DNA from: an uncultured virus (IMG/VR IMGVR_UViG_2509276001_000001)
Taxonomy: Duplodnaviria > Heunggongvirae > Uroviricota > Caudoviricetes
IMG/VR virus record: IMGVR_UViG_2509276001_000001
DNA length: 59,683 bases
Direction: 5' to 3' (one strand)
In this document: in pieces, positions 1 to 9,169 of the stretch
Position numbering within the stretch: the first letter of the stretch is position 1
Layout of the letters: the number at the start of each line of letters is the position of its first letter
Position numbers and translations under genes: made by a program
The notes under the pieces: model-generated
Told to the model about the DNA's origin: nothing
What the model saw: only the letters and a program-made list of their open reading frames with translations
Databases searched by the model: none

Positions 1-46
1 GCCATCAGAATCTACCACGCCGTTTTGTTGCTTCGATTGAAGCGAG

Positions 47-118
47 TACCGCATAGGAGTTTCGATCTCCTTCCTGCTGCCTGAGAAGCAGCCGACCTAG
101 CCAGTAGTCGAATGCGGC
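47..118 (-). tRNA. tRNA-Glu(CUC), atypical T-loop
   Basis: Acceptor GCCGCAT/ATGCGGT; anticodon arm GCTGC-TT CTC AG-GCAGC; T-arm GGAG-ATCGAAA-CTCC. Confidence 0.8.
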
Positions 119-129
119 GTTCTTGAAAG

Positions 130-202
130 CGATGGCAACGGGAGTCGAACCCGCAGCGACTTGATAGACAATCAAGCTTCCTTCCCAGAGGAAATTGCCA
201 CC
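130..202 (-). tRNA. tRNA-Asp(GUC)
   Basis: Acceptor GGTGGCA/TGCCATC; CTTGA-TT GTC TA-TCAAG; GCGGG-TTCGACT-CCCGT. Confidence 0.85.
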
Positions 203-219
203 GAAAATGTTTGCACGAG

Positions 220-295
220 GGTGACCAACCGGAATTGAACCGGCGACAAACTCATTCACAGTGAGTCTCTGGAAACCAACACCAGATCTGGCCAC
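220..295 (-). tRNA. tRNA-His(GUG)
   Basis: Acceptor GTGGCCA/TGGTCAC with C discriminator; CTCA-CT GTG AA-TGAG; CCGG-TTCAATT-CCGG. Confidence 0.8.
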
Positions 296-297
296 AG

Positions 298-372
298 CAC
301 CGGAGACTGGAATCGAACCAATGAACTCCTCGTTCAGAGCGAGGTGCAGCGACCAACAACTGCTACTCCGGC
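298..372 (-). tRNA. tRNA-Gln(CUG)
   Basis: GCCGGAG/CTCCGGT; CCTCG-CT CTG AA-CGAGG; TTCGATT loop. Confidence 0.85.
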
Positions 373-393
373 GTTTGGTCTTCAATACATCAG

Positions 394-461
394 CACTCCG
401 TCCGGGAATTGAACCCGACCTGCGAGCTTCAAAGGCTCACGTCGCGACTACGCGCCGGAGA
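394..461 (-). tRNA. tRNA-Gln(UUG), degenerate with short D-arm
   Basis: TGAGC-CT TTG AA-GCTCG; CGGG-TTCAATT-CCCG; mismatched acceptor stem. Confidence 0.65.
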
Positions 462-480
462 GAGTTTTCACAATCAAAAG

Positions 481-552
481 AGTGTCCTGTGGGAGTCGAA
501 CCCACCTAGCCGGATTGGAAGTCCGGAACCTTTGCCGCTCGGCCAAGGACAC
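481..552 (-). tRNA. tRNA-Gly(UCC)
   Basis: GTGTCCT/AGGACAC; CCGGA-CT TCC AA-TCCGG; GTGGG-TTCGACT-CCCAC. Confidence 0.92.
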
Positions 553-562
553 GAAATATGCG

Positions 563-631
563 GAAGCTTGAAGGGCGAGGTGTGAAACGAAGCGATTTAT
601 TCCACACATCTCGCTTCACCCTTCAAACTTC
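563..631. repeat. Heptamer-based inverted repeat (hairpin) in a tRNA spacer
   Basis: GAAGCTT GAAGGGC GAGGTGT ... CACACAT CTCGCTT CACCCTT CAAACTTC; the arms are reverse-complementary. Confidence 0.7.
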
Positions 632-637
632 GTGAAG

Positions 638-709
638 CTCCGGCGGATGGACTCGAACCATCACTCGTCTCCTTAACAGGGAGCCGCCTTACCATTGGGC
701 CACACCGGA
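638..709 (-). tRNA. tRNA-Asn(GUU)
   Basis: TCCGGTG/CGCCGGA; CTCC-CT GTT AA-GGAG; GATGG-TTCGAGT-CCATC. Confidence 0.92.
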
Positions 710-717
710 TTCTGCAA

Positions 718-788
718 AGCGCCCAGTGGGAGTCGAACCCACACTTCCGCCATGGCAAGGCAGCAGGCTACCGCTACATCATGGGCGC
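718..788 (-). tRNA. tRNA-Gly(GCC)
   Basis: GCGCCCA/TGGGCGC; CTGCC-TT GCC AT-GGCGG; GTGGG-TTCGACT-CCCAC. Confidence 0.9.
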
Positions 789-808
789 AAAAATGCATCA
801 CTACCAAA

Positions 809-821
809 TTGTCAAAGATCA
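809..821 (-). promoter_or_regulatory. boxA-like antitermination motif
   Basis: TGATCTTTGACAA on the tRNA strand, close to rrn boxA TGCTCTTTAACA. Confidence 0.55.
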
Positions 822-842
822 ATAACGCCGAAGCGTCTTAAG

Positions 843-913
843 AGCACCGAGCCGGAATCGAACCCGCATCACCTCGTTACGACGGAGGATTCTTGCCGTT
901 AGACCATCAGTGC
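843..913 (-). tRNA. tRNA-Thr(CGU), degenerate
   Basis: GCACTGA/TCGGTGC; CCTCC-GT CGT AA-CGAGG (one mismatch); mismatch in T stem. Confidence 0.65.
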
Positions 914-933
914 TTGTTTCAAAATGTCTCAAG

Positions 934-952
934 TGGGATCGGTGAGAATCGA
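934..952 (-). pseudogene. 3' fragment of host tRNA-Lys(CUU) (att junction)
   Basis: TCGATTCTCACCGATCCCA completes the T-arm and acceptor of the 5' part at 12087-12147. Confidence 0.9.
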
Positions 953-1006
953 GGTTTACTACCAACGGTCCCCACTGGGTCTTTCCTTTTTCTGCCAAGT
1001 CGTAAA

Positions 1007-1078
1007 TGGGATTGCAGGGATTCGAACCCCGACCCGTCTGGTTAAGAGCCAGCGATGCTGCCGTAACACCTCAATCCC
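1007..1078 (-). tRNA. Element-borne intact tRNA-Lys(CUU)
   Basis: GGGATTG/CAATCCC-A; CTGG-CT CTT AA-CCAG; CGGGG-TTCGAAT-CCCTG. Confidence 0.92.
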
Positions 1079-1080
1079 AT

Positions 1081-1111
1081 AAAAAAAGCCCGACGTCTTG
1101 CGACATCGAGC
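1081..1111 (-). terminator. Attenuator-type intrinsic terminator before the element tRNA
   Basis: GCTCGATGTC-GCAA-GACGTCGGGC followed by T7. Confidence 0.75.
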
Positions 1112-1142
1112 GTTGAGGCTTGGACCAACAATGCAACAAATA

Positions 1143-1250
1143 TCACAAACGACGTGGATACACATCGAGCAGACTCAGATGGCCGGCGGATTCACCGCCT
1201 AAGCCGAGCATGCTCTGATTCGTATTTCGTTGTTCTTGTTGCAGTGTCAT
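1143..1250 (-). CDS. Putative 35-aa leader peptide (MTLQ...GG...VYPRRL)
   Basis: Short ORF directly upstream of the terminator; same motif pattern as the ORF at 12832-12948. Confidence 0.6.
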   Translation of the reverse strand: MTLQQEQRNTNQSMLGLGGESAGHLSLLDVYPRRL

Positions 1251-1621
1251 TGAATCGTCGAGTCGCAAAGTCGGTTGTTGATCGTTTTCGCCAACCACAC
1301 GCTGGCGACAGCAGATAAGAAGCCGAGAATCGCGAAAGGTTCGCGGATCATAAAAGAAAGATGCAAAAGAGCAGGCTTTTATTTCATCACTCGCAAAAAA
1401 AGACGCGGCTGCGTCGTGTACCCGCTGCTCGATCTGTGGGGTTTTACGGAGCACCACCCAAACACGCGTTACACGCTGCGACAACCGGCTTCGGTGCCGT
1501 CTCCTGTCGCATACACGAAGGTACTAACAACGCTGGGCTAGGTTGGCCAACCGAAAAGCGGATAGCTCCTCCGCCTGCCCTCAGCGTTTTCCATTGGAGC
1601 GTTTGGATTGGAGCACCAATC

Positions 1622-2197
1622 ATGCGAAAGCGACTATCTTTCTGGGACTTCAATAGTCCTGGCGATGCAACTCAATTTATTACCCAGGCAAATATCAAAT
1701 CTGGTGATCACATAGTTCTAGTGTGCCGAGTTTCTGGATGTGAACAAGGCAGAAGGAATAATCACCATGACCAGGAAGCAGCACTTCGAGAGCTGGTCAG
1801 CAATTGTGACGGGATCGTTGTTGGTGTTATTAGAATCGTCATCTCTGGATTCAACCCGTACTGGCTATCACGAGCAGTTGCACTAGCTGAAGAGCATGAC
1901 GCGAAAATCTTGGCAGAGTCGACGGATCGCCTTATTCGCCATCCTGCATACCATTCAAGCGAATGCCCCGATGCTCAGCCGTCAATCAGTCATTTGCGGG
2001 GCTTGAATGACTGGACAGAGGGTATTGAGTTACTAACGCTGCTTGACCCGAATGCGACGCCAAAAGAAGTTCGCAGCTATCAACGCAAACGCGGCCAACG
2101 AATGAAAGGCAACAAAGGCGGCAGACCACCGACGCCCGCGCACGTTGCTCTAAGGCGTGCAGTGTTGCAAAAACTACGCTCCACCCCATCAGGGTAG
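1622..2197 (+). CDS. Serine recombinase catalytic-domain protein
   Basis: VCRVS..EQ, ISG and ESTDRLIR resolvase motifs; no clear DNA-binding domain. Confidence 0.65.
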   Translation: MRKRLSFWDFNSPGDATQFITQANIKSGDHIVLVCRVSGCEQGRRNNHHDQEAALRELVSNCDGIVVGVIRIVISGFNPYWLSRAVALAEEHDAKILAESTDRLIRHPAYHSSECPDAQPSISHLRGLNDWTEGIELLTLLDPNATPKEVRSYQRKRGQRMKGNKGGRPPTPAHVALRRAVLQKLRSTPSG

Positions 2198-2400
2198 AAG
2201 GGTCGTCGATTTGGTGTGATCGCAAAACGATGATGGACTGGTAAATAACGAGGCGGCATGCCAACGGCGGCGCCCTAATCGGTTCGACAAAACCATTAGG
2301 TTGGAAGCCGGTACTTCACTCAGAATTCGCGAGGGAAAAGTTCTTGAAAACCTGTTATTGCCGCATGCTTCTACTTGGGATTGAAATCGAGGACACATGA

Positions 2401-3633
2401 CTAGGGGGCCAACTCTCGACGCGGGTGGTTCTCAAGTTTGGGGTTAGGAAATTCTGTAATGCAAATTCGTGCTTTCGAGTGAACTGCTGGATGTGGTGCT
2501 CTCACCAACAGAACGCGAGCGTCCGGTTCAAGGGGATTTGTTACTTTCATTGCTTTGTGCTTTTTTGCCAGTTCCACTAGCCGTAATTCTGCTGCACTCG
2601 CGTAATCAAATTTTTCCAAGCTCATTGCAATACTGCAATTAGTCGATTCGTAGAAATCAAGCAACTTCGATGGTGAAACGGGCACAGAATCAGGAGCCAT
2701 TAGCGTCTTGAGTCTTGTGAATTGCTTTATCGAGTCTAGATCGGAATCACGGAGCGGAATATCAAATAGAAGAATCGTTTGTAATCCACGTGCAAACGCG
2801 AAGTTCTCATTAAAGCTACCAGCTTCAAGCTCTAACTCTCGCAGCGTTAGGAATTGGATTTGCTCTATGTCGACTGCCCATGACAGATCGTAAAAGTCCT
2901 GTCTTTCCAATGAAAGGCTTCGGATCGTCGATAGCTCTCCAAGAATCTTCGCTTCCTCCATGCCTATATGGTTGTTTTTAAGCGTGAGGTTCTCGGGTGA
3001 AAGTGCAACCAGCAAGTCCATGTCAACCTGAGCTAGCCGCATCCCGTCTAAAACAATTTCTTCGATATTGCACTTGTCAAGAACAGCGAGGGCTTCGAGA
3101 GTGTCGCGAACGTATTGCCCCGATTCGTCGGAGCATTTGTAGGTGACCGCTGGCGGTTCCGCAGTGAAATCGACATCCACCGTTGAACGGTAGGCTTTGC
3201 TCTGCTTATTCGAGAGAGCGACGAGTACCTCATTCGTACTCAGTTTAACCTTGTACGAAGCCAGTTGCTTCTTGAGATCTTCGAGCACTACCTTGCCCTT
3301 ATCCGCGTTTTCTTTTGCAACCAAGACTTCTTTCTGGAACTTAGATTTTTCAGCGGAGAGTTCTAATCGCTTGGCATCCAACAAACCTGTTTTCCACGTC
3401 ACAAACAAAATCCCTAGACCGATAACGAGTGGGACTAGCTGCCCCAGCGAAATCCTCCAGCTAAACCATCTGTTGGCTTCCTCGATTTGCCTTATCTCAG
3501 CACGCAACTTCTCCTCCTGAAGTTCCCCCAAGCTAACCGACGCTAAGTTTTTGCCAGCTACTCCACCCTCGGTTGGTTCTTCGGCGACCGCATCGACTGT
3601 TGATTCGGGTTCTGCTTCTTCTTGATCTGACAT
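2401..3633 (-). CDS. Membrane-anchored coiled-coil/leucine-rich-repeat protein
   Basis: TM segment LVPLVIGLGILFVTW, coiled coil, then LxxLxL repeats. Confidence 0.65.
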   Translation of the reverse strand: MSDQEEAEPESTVDAVAEEPTEGGVAGKNLASVSLGELQEEKLRAEIRQIEEANRWFSWRISLGQLVPLVIGLGILFVTWKTGLLDAKRLELSAEKSKFQKEVLVAKENADKGKVVLEDLKKQLASYKVKLSTNEVLVALSNKQSKAYRSTVDVDFTAEPPAVTYKCSDESGQYVRDTLEALAVLDKCNIEEIVLDGMRLAQVDMDLLVALSPENLTLKNNHIGMEEAKILGELSTIRSLSLERQDFYDLSWAVDIEQIQFLTLRELELEAGSFNENFAFARGLQTILLFDIPLRDSDLDSIKQFTRLKTLMAPDSVPVSPSKLLDFYESTNCSIAMSLEKFDYASAAELRLVELAKKHKAMKVTNPLEPDARVLLVRAPHPAVHSKARICITEFPNPKLENHPRRELAP

Positions 3634-4070
3634 AAAAACACCTTAATTGTTGAACAAAACCTGCACCTTCATTCTTAGGCTTAATCGTGGCGGAGCAAGG
3701 GCGGGAAAAAGGGGAGCTAGTGAAGACAATTCGCCCTGCTGCAAATGAATGGGCATCGATTCAAGCAGGGCATCCACCTACCGGTATAAATCCTTAGAAC
3801 GCGAGGCGACGCGACCACCTTTCCCCAATCAAAATGGGCAAAACACAGTGATTCAACGCCAAAACCATCTTGAAAGTTTCTTCGCCTTGACTTTGGCCGA
3901 TTGGAGCCAGATACTGATGACATAATCCGTTGCCCTCTTCGTCGGAGAGCACTTGATTCAACCGACCCGCAGCCTTCGCCGGTTTGCGACAACCGAATCT
4001 CGACACCACGGGTTGCTTTCACGGCAATTCTACAAGGCTGATCCATGGCTAAAAAAAGCCGGGTTCAGGT

Positions 4071-4589
4071 GTGCGACGACGCACGCCTGTAACCTCACGT
4101 ACATCGAGTACGACGGTTTCGACTTCCAGTTCTACTGGAAGCACAGATTCCACTTCTAAACTCAAGCCCCGGCTAATCTCCAAGGATACTGCTGAGTCCT
4201 TGGAGATGCTCAGGCAGCACATCGTTCTTGCAGAGCAACACCTTTCGAACATGCCAGGTGCGTACGAACCACGAGCAAAAGTTGATGTTGGAGATCTGTT
4301 TAATGGGTTAGCTCTCATCTTAGATTCCCCCGACTACTTTATGGCACTGAGGGACGACTCGATTCAGATTGTGACCGCAACGTATCTTGGGAAAGAAGAC
4401 GAGTACGATGAACAAGATTCAAAGAGGATCTTAGACTATGGGACTCGGCAGAAGGTAGAGTTCGCGAAGAGAATCCCTGATCTGATTAGAGCCGCAAAAG
4501 AAGCGGAAGGTAATCTGAAATCAGAATCGGATAAAGCGATTACTGATATTCAAGCAGCAATCGACCAATCGAAGGAGTACTACGAATGA
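4071..4589 (+). CDS. Hypothetical protein (true start may be ATG 4045 across an A7 frameshift)
   Basis: 172-aa ORF with protein-like composition. Confidence 0.5.
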   Translation: MRRRTPVTSRTSSTTVSTSSSTGSTDSTSKLKPRLISKDTAESLEMLRQHIVLAEQHLSNMPGAYEPRAKVDVGDLFNGLALILDSPDYFMALRDDSIQIVTATYLGKEDEYDEQDSKRILDYGTRQKVEFAKRIPDLIRAAKEAEGNLKSESDKAITDIQAAIDQSKEYYE

Positions 4590-4726
4590 GTCGTAAACGT
4601 AACTCCAAGCCCAAGCGTCGCAAACGACCTGCCAAGCCAGAAGACCCAGACGTGAAAAAAGAGAAGTACAGGTTTTGGACATCCCTATTTAGTTTCGCCG
4701 GAGTCGTTGTGCGTCTGTTTCTATAA
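4586..4726 (+). CDS. Small basic protein with hydrophobic C-terminus (46 aa)
   Basis: ATGA overlap with upstream stop; MSRKRNSKPKRRKR...FWTSLFSFAGVVVRLFL. Confidence 0.45.
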   Translation: MSRKRNSKPKRRKRPAKPEDPDVKKEKYRFWTSLFSFAGVVVRLFL

Positions 4727-4867
4727 AGCACTTGCAAACTGCCGAGCGGGGACACGCACGCCGTGCCCCGCTGTCAATCGCACGTAACCACCAACGCTCT
4801 CCATACTCGCCCTCCACCGCTCGCACGCTACCAGCGAAGCGACAGGCCGCTCGTTCGCCAGCTAACG

Positions 4868-5116
4868 CTACCACTTGCTGCCGTCGGAGTTGAGTTTAGC
4901 AAGCCTCCGTACCATCTTCGCAGGATCTTCGCCGGTCACCCGCACGATCTCTACAAATTCGATAACGTCGAGTTTACGCTCACCGCGTTCGTATTTTGAA
5001 ACGAATGATTGAGGCCGTCCGAGATACTCGCCCATTTCTACCTGGGTGATGTCGGCAGCAACACGTGCATCGACAAGCATATCTCGCATCAGTTCGTATC
5101 TAACGTCGTCTTCCAT
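4868..5116 (-). CDS. XRE-family HTH regulator
   Basis: ITQVEMGEYLGRPQSFVSKYERGERKLDVIEF. Confidence 0.9.
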   Translation of the reverse strand: MEDDVRYELMRDMLVDARVAADITQVEMGEYLGRPQSFVSKYERGERKLDVIEFVEIVRVTGEDPAKMVRRLAKLNSDGSKW

Positions 5117-5150
5117 TGGTCGCAGATGTCCGAATCAGATGAGATGAAGA

Positions 5151-5212
5151 AACCCAACTCAGGATATCCACTCCTTCAAATATCCCAATACCGGTTTAAC
5201 CCAATATGGGAT
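5151..5212. promoter_or_regulatory. Three 15-bp pseudo-palindromic operator-like sites
   Basis: AACCCAACTCAGGAT, ATCCCAATACCGGTT and AACCCAATATGGGAT upstream of the XRE gene. Confidence 0.55.
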
Positions 5213-5429
5213 AAAAGATCCAAATAGTATCTCATTGAAAATAAATCCGAAAGTTTTAAGACGAGCGATCACAACATCTTATGAACCAAAACGATAAAAC
5301 AGCATCGCTAAACGCCCAAATTTAAAGAGGGCTAACACGATTATAGGACGTGGCACTTGTGTTTAATGCGTTCCGCTTGACTAGTTTTTGGCCACAGTCG
5401 ATTCAACACCGATTTTGGAGTAACAACAA

Positions 5430-5912
5430 ATGCAGAGAAACGAAACACTAGCCCGCGATAAGGAGGCCTGCCAGACAACGAAGGACATCACGTTGTCGCT
5501 TAGCATGAGCGTACCAAAGCGAGAAGCATTGCGAGTCCCAGCAAATCAAGAATTGCGAGTACACGCTCTAGTCCTACTGATCGACACCTTGCTTGAAAAT
5601 TCATCGGCCAAGGACGTGAAGCTGGAACGCACCAACGACAACTACAAAATCGATGACGACATGCCTCCGTTCCAAACAAAGTATTACTGGACAGCAAGCT
5701 ACCACGACGAGTGCCGTGCCAAGCGAGTCGGAGCAATTGCCTACGAGCAGTTTGCTGCACACGCTAGCGATGAAAAACTACTGGCCCCTGTTCTTGATGC
5801 TCTCTCCCATTCCGTGTGGTGCGATGAGGAAGTCTATCAGGGCGACGGTACTTGGTTGCAGTTCCCTCTAGACGAGAACAAGCCAGAGGAGCAGGCAAAC
5901 GTCTCCACCTGA
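5430..5912 (+). CDS. Hypothetical protein
   Basis: 160-aa ORF with GGAG RBS. Confidence 0.65.
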   Translation: MQRNETLARDKEACQTTKDITLSLSMSVPKREALRVPANQELRVHALVLLIDTLLENSSAKDVKLERTNDNYKIDDDMPPFQTKYYWTASYHDECRAKRVGAIAYEQFAAHASDEKLLAPVLDALSHSVWCDEEVYQGDGTWLQFPLDENKPEEQANVST

Positions 5913-6156
5913 TCGATCACCCAACCCAAGCATCACGAGCGATCAAAAGCCCAGACTGTAAAGTTTGGGGTGGTCGATCGAATCGGCTGTGATCGAGCGG
6001 TAAAGCCCGTGGACTGGGGCAACGGGTCATTTTCGATATGCGTAAACCGAATTGTGTACCCGGGCTTTACACCCCTCTTGAGAGGGGGTAGTGTTGGTGT
6101 GGGGTTGGTAGCAGCGTGTTACCAACCGACCACCACAACCACACGGAGCAAGAGAC

Positions 6157-6468
6157 ATGGCCGCCAAAAAGACCACCGCCGCGAAGAAAACAAACGCAAC
6201 GAAAACCACCGACACCAAAACGACCAAGAAGGAGCCCGCAGCAAAAGACAAGCTGGGTTGCCGCGTTGGATCACAGTCCGCAGCGATTAACGCGACGCTG
6301 ACCGCCAAAGCTAAAGACGTTGCCACGATCGCTGAGGCCTCAGGTTGCACTGCCGCCCGTGTGCGTAACCACTTGAGGCACCTGATGGCGAAAGAGCTGG
6401 TTTTCCAAGTCGACGATGGCTACACAACCAAGGCACCAGCCAAGCGTACCCGCAAAGCCGCAAGCTGA
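6157..6468 (+). CDS. Small Lys/Thr-rich winged-helix DNA-binding protein
   Basis: VATIAEASGCTAARVRNHLRHL helix-turn-helix. Confidence 0.7.
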   Translation: MAAKKTTAAKKTNATKTTDTKTTKKEPAAKDKLGCRVGSQSAAINATLTAKAKDVATIAEASGCTAARVRNHLRHLMAKELVFQVDDGYTTKAPAKRTRKAAS

Positions 6469-6649
6469 GCCGGTTTGCCGGGCGTGTAACGCTACCCAGT
6501 TAGCGAGCACGCCAAACGACACCCCAACGCCGCCAAACGATTTGCCGGCCCCTTACAAGCGATCGACCAACAGCCCTGCCTAACACGCGGGGCTGTTGTC
6601 GTTGATGGAGTACATGAGAAATCCCTTTATCCAAACAGGAACAACAACG

Positions 6650-7282
6650 ATGACCAAGAAAAAGAAGTACGTCGCCGTCTACATCCGCGTCAGCACGGTG
6701 GGACAGAACGAAGCAGGACAACGAAAGGAATTGGAACGCTGGGTCGACAACCACGGAATCGAGAACGTGCGTTGGTACGTCGACAAGGAATCCGGCGACA
6801 GCCTCGATCGACCAGCGTTCAAGAAAATGCAGAGAGCGATCTTCGATGGGAGGGTTAGCACGGTGGTTATTTGGAAGCTCGATCGACTCAGCCGCCAGCT
6901 ACGCGAAGGCATAGACACGATTTGCGATTGGTGTGACCAGGGCATTCGCATCGTAGCGGTAACACAGGAGATTGATTTCCACGGGACGGTCGGAAAGATC
7001 ATCGCATCAGTGCTGTTGGGCATTGGGCAGATGGAGCAAGAGACTAGGCGTGAACGCCAAGCAGTCGGAATCAAAGCCGCACTCGCTGAAGTGAAGGCAG
7101 GCAAACGCAAACCTTGGGGCGGTTCCAAACCGGGCACACGGAAGAAGCTGACCGCTGACAAGATCGAGATCATCCAAGACATGAAATCGAAGAACAAACC
7201 GATCGCCGCTATTGCCCGTGCTGTTGGTGTGTCGCGACCAACCATCTACAGCGTTCTAAATGAGCCCACGGCTCCGGTGTAA
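6650..7282 (+). CDS. Resolvase/invertase-type serine recombinase
   Basis: YIRVST..Q, ESG, DRP, WKLDRLSR; C-terminal HTH IARAVGVSRPTIY. Confidence 0.95.
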   Translation: MTKKKKYVAVYIRVSTVGQNEAGQRKELERWVDNHGIENVRWYVDKESGDSLDRPAFKKMQRAIFDGRVSTVVIWKLDRLSRQLREGIDTICDWCDQGIRIVAVTQEIDFHGTVGKIIASVLLGIGQMEQETRRERQAVGIKAALAEVKAGKRKPWGGSKPGTRKKLTADKIEIIQDMKSKNKPIAAIARAVGVSRPTIYSVLNEPTAPV

Positions 7283-7370
7283 AGAATCGCTCTCGACAGA
7301 TTTACAGAAGAGGGTAGTTTGCTTACCGCTTGCTCGCAGACACCAACCCAGATGGGAGGTAGATACACCG

Positions 7371-7736
7371 ATGGCAAAGCACAAAAAGAAGCCTGTTGAG
7401 ATCGCCAAAAAGTTCGTGCCCAAGTTCTGGGAGGACATTGACCAGCGTTGCTCCATCGTTCGCGAAGTGCGTACACGCTACGCAAACCTGATTGAACAAG
7501 CGGGTGCCGATAGCGTTCAAAAGACGATGCTCGCTCAGCGTGCCGTCTTTATCAACATCCGACTTGAGACGATGGAGTGCGAAGCAGCCCAGGGCGGTGC
7601 CTTCGATGAAGGCGTTTACACCCAGATGGTGAATACGCTGACGGGACTGCTGAAGTCGCTGGGCCTGAATCGACAACAGGCCGACGCAACCATGAACCTG
7701 AAAGCATACGTCAAGCACGCGGGAGCCAAGCAGTGA
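7371..7736 (+). CDS. Putative terminase small subunit
   Basis: Helical 121-aa ORF coupled (GTGA overlap) to terL; ...LLKSLGL motif. Confidence 0.55.
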   Translation: MAKHKKKPVEIAKKFVPKFWEDIDQRCSIVREVRTRYANLIEQAGADSVQKTMLAQRAVFINIRLETMECEAAQGGAFDEGVYTQMVNTLTGLLKSLGLNRQQADATMNLKAYVKHAGAKQ

Positions 7737-9169
7737 GCCGCATCAGCATCATCGACGCTTGCGAGGACGAGAACCTGTTCTTGCCATACCTTGGGAACGA
7801 CCTCAAGACATGGCGACGCTGGCTCGTAATGCTCCGAACTCTCTATGGCCTTCATCCCAGGAAATGGACATCGAAGGAACGCAAACTCATCAAGCATTGC
7901 ACTGGACGTGATGCCAGCACGCTTCCAACCGAAGGCTTCGCGACCAGTGTTTGCTTGACCGGCCGACGCTCAGGCAAGTCGAGAATAGCCGCAGTGATCG
8001 GTGCCTATGAAGCGGTCCTCGCTGGGCACGAATCGAAACTCTCGCCCGGCGAAACCGGCGTCGTCCCAATTATTTCGCCAACGAAACATCAAAGCCGCAT
8101 CGTCAAGAACTACCTGCGTGCCATCTTTGATGCGCCCCTACTTAGGAGCGAAGTCGCCGGGGAGACTCGCGAAGGGTTTGAGCTAAAGAACGGAACGCGA
8201 ATTGAGATCCTTGCTGGCGACTGGAGGACCATTCGAGGATTTACGCTCTTAGCGGCAGTAATTGATGAGGCATGCTTCTTTCAATACGAAGCTGATTCCA
8301 AAGTCCGCTCAGACACTGAACTTGTCAGGGCGATCCAACCATCGCTTGCAACAGTCGGCGGACGGCTGAGTTTGATTAGCAGCCCGTACGCCAAGAAGGG
8401 CTACTGCTACCAAGCCTGGAAAAAGAACTTCGGGAACGACACCGGGCGGACGCTCGTTTGGAACTGCTCAAGTCGGACGATGAATCCGACGCTGCCGCAG
8501 TCAGTTGTTGACGATGCAATGGCTGAAGATTTGCAGGCGGCCAAGTCAGAGTATCTAGGTGAGTTCCGCGATGATGTCGTTCAGTTCTTGGATCGTGCGT
8601 TGATCGAACAATACGTCATCCCACACCGCAGCGAACTGCAACCGCGACGCGACAGAGACTATTTCGCATTCGCCGACCTATCCGGTGGACGTGGCGACGA
8701 CGCTGCCTTGGCGATCGCACACCGCGACAGCCGAAAGCTGATCCTTGATTTCGTACGACGATGGCGACCACCATTCGACCCGCGACATGTTTGCGAAGAA
8801 ATGGTTGAGGAACTGAAGCGATTCAGCATTCGCCGCGTCAGGGGCGACAACTACGCGGCGGAATTTGTCGCCGGTGCATTTCGATCGAACGGCGTTCGCT
8901 ACACCAAATCAGAACTGCCCGCTTCGGGCCTTTACCTCGAATTGCTTCCGCGACTATGCAGCGGCGAAATTGAATTGCTCGACAACGAAACACTCATCGC
9001 ACAACTCGCTGGCCTGGAACGAAAGACCCGTTCAGGAGGCAAGGACAAAATCGATCACCCATCCGGCGGACACGACGACGTTGCCAATGCTGTAGCAGGC
9101 GTCTGCGTATCCGCATCCAAACAACGTCAAAGGGTTGGAGCTCCATTCCAACGAAAGGTAACGGCATGA
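7733..9169 (+). CDS. terL: Terminase large subunit
   Basis: Walker A GRRSGKS, Walker B AVIDEA, ISSP, RNase H-like ADLSGGRGD and HDDVANA. Confidence 0.88.
   Translation: MSRISIIDACEDENLFLPYLGNDLKTWRRWLVMLRTLYGLHPRKWTSKERKLIKHCTGRDASTLPTEGFATSVCLTGRRSGKSRIAAVIGAYEAVLAGHESKLSPGETGVVPIISPTKHQSRIVKNYLRAIFDAPLLRSEVAGETREGFELKNGTRIEILAGDWRTIRGFTLLAAVIDEACFFQYEADSKVRSDTELVRAIQPSLATVGGRLSLISSPYAKKGYCYQAWKKNFGNDTGRTLVWNCSSRTMNPTLPQSVVDDAMAEDLQAAKSEYLGEFRDDVVQFLDRALIEQYVIPHRSELQPRRDRDYFAFADLSGGRGDDAALAIAHRDSRKLILDFVRRWRPPFDPRHVCEEMVEELKRFSIRRVRGDNYAAEFVAGAFRSNGVRYTKSELPASGLYLELLPRLCSGEIELLDNETLIAQLAGLERKTRSGGKDKIDHPSGGHDDVANAVAGVCVSASKQRQRVGAPFQRKVTA

Noticed and set aside
1..21. Probable 5' end of another tRNA (GGCGTGGTAG...)
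   Set aside because: Cut by the window edge; anticodon not visible.
5..960. ORFs over the left tRNA cluster (also 12246-12803)
   Set aside because: Shadow ORFs over tRNA genes.
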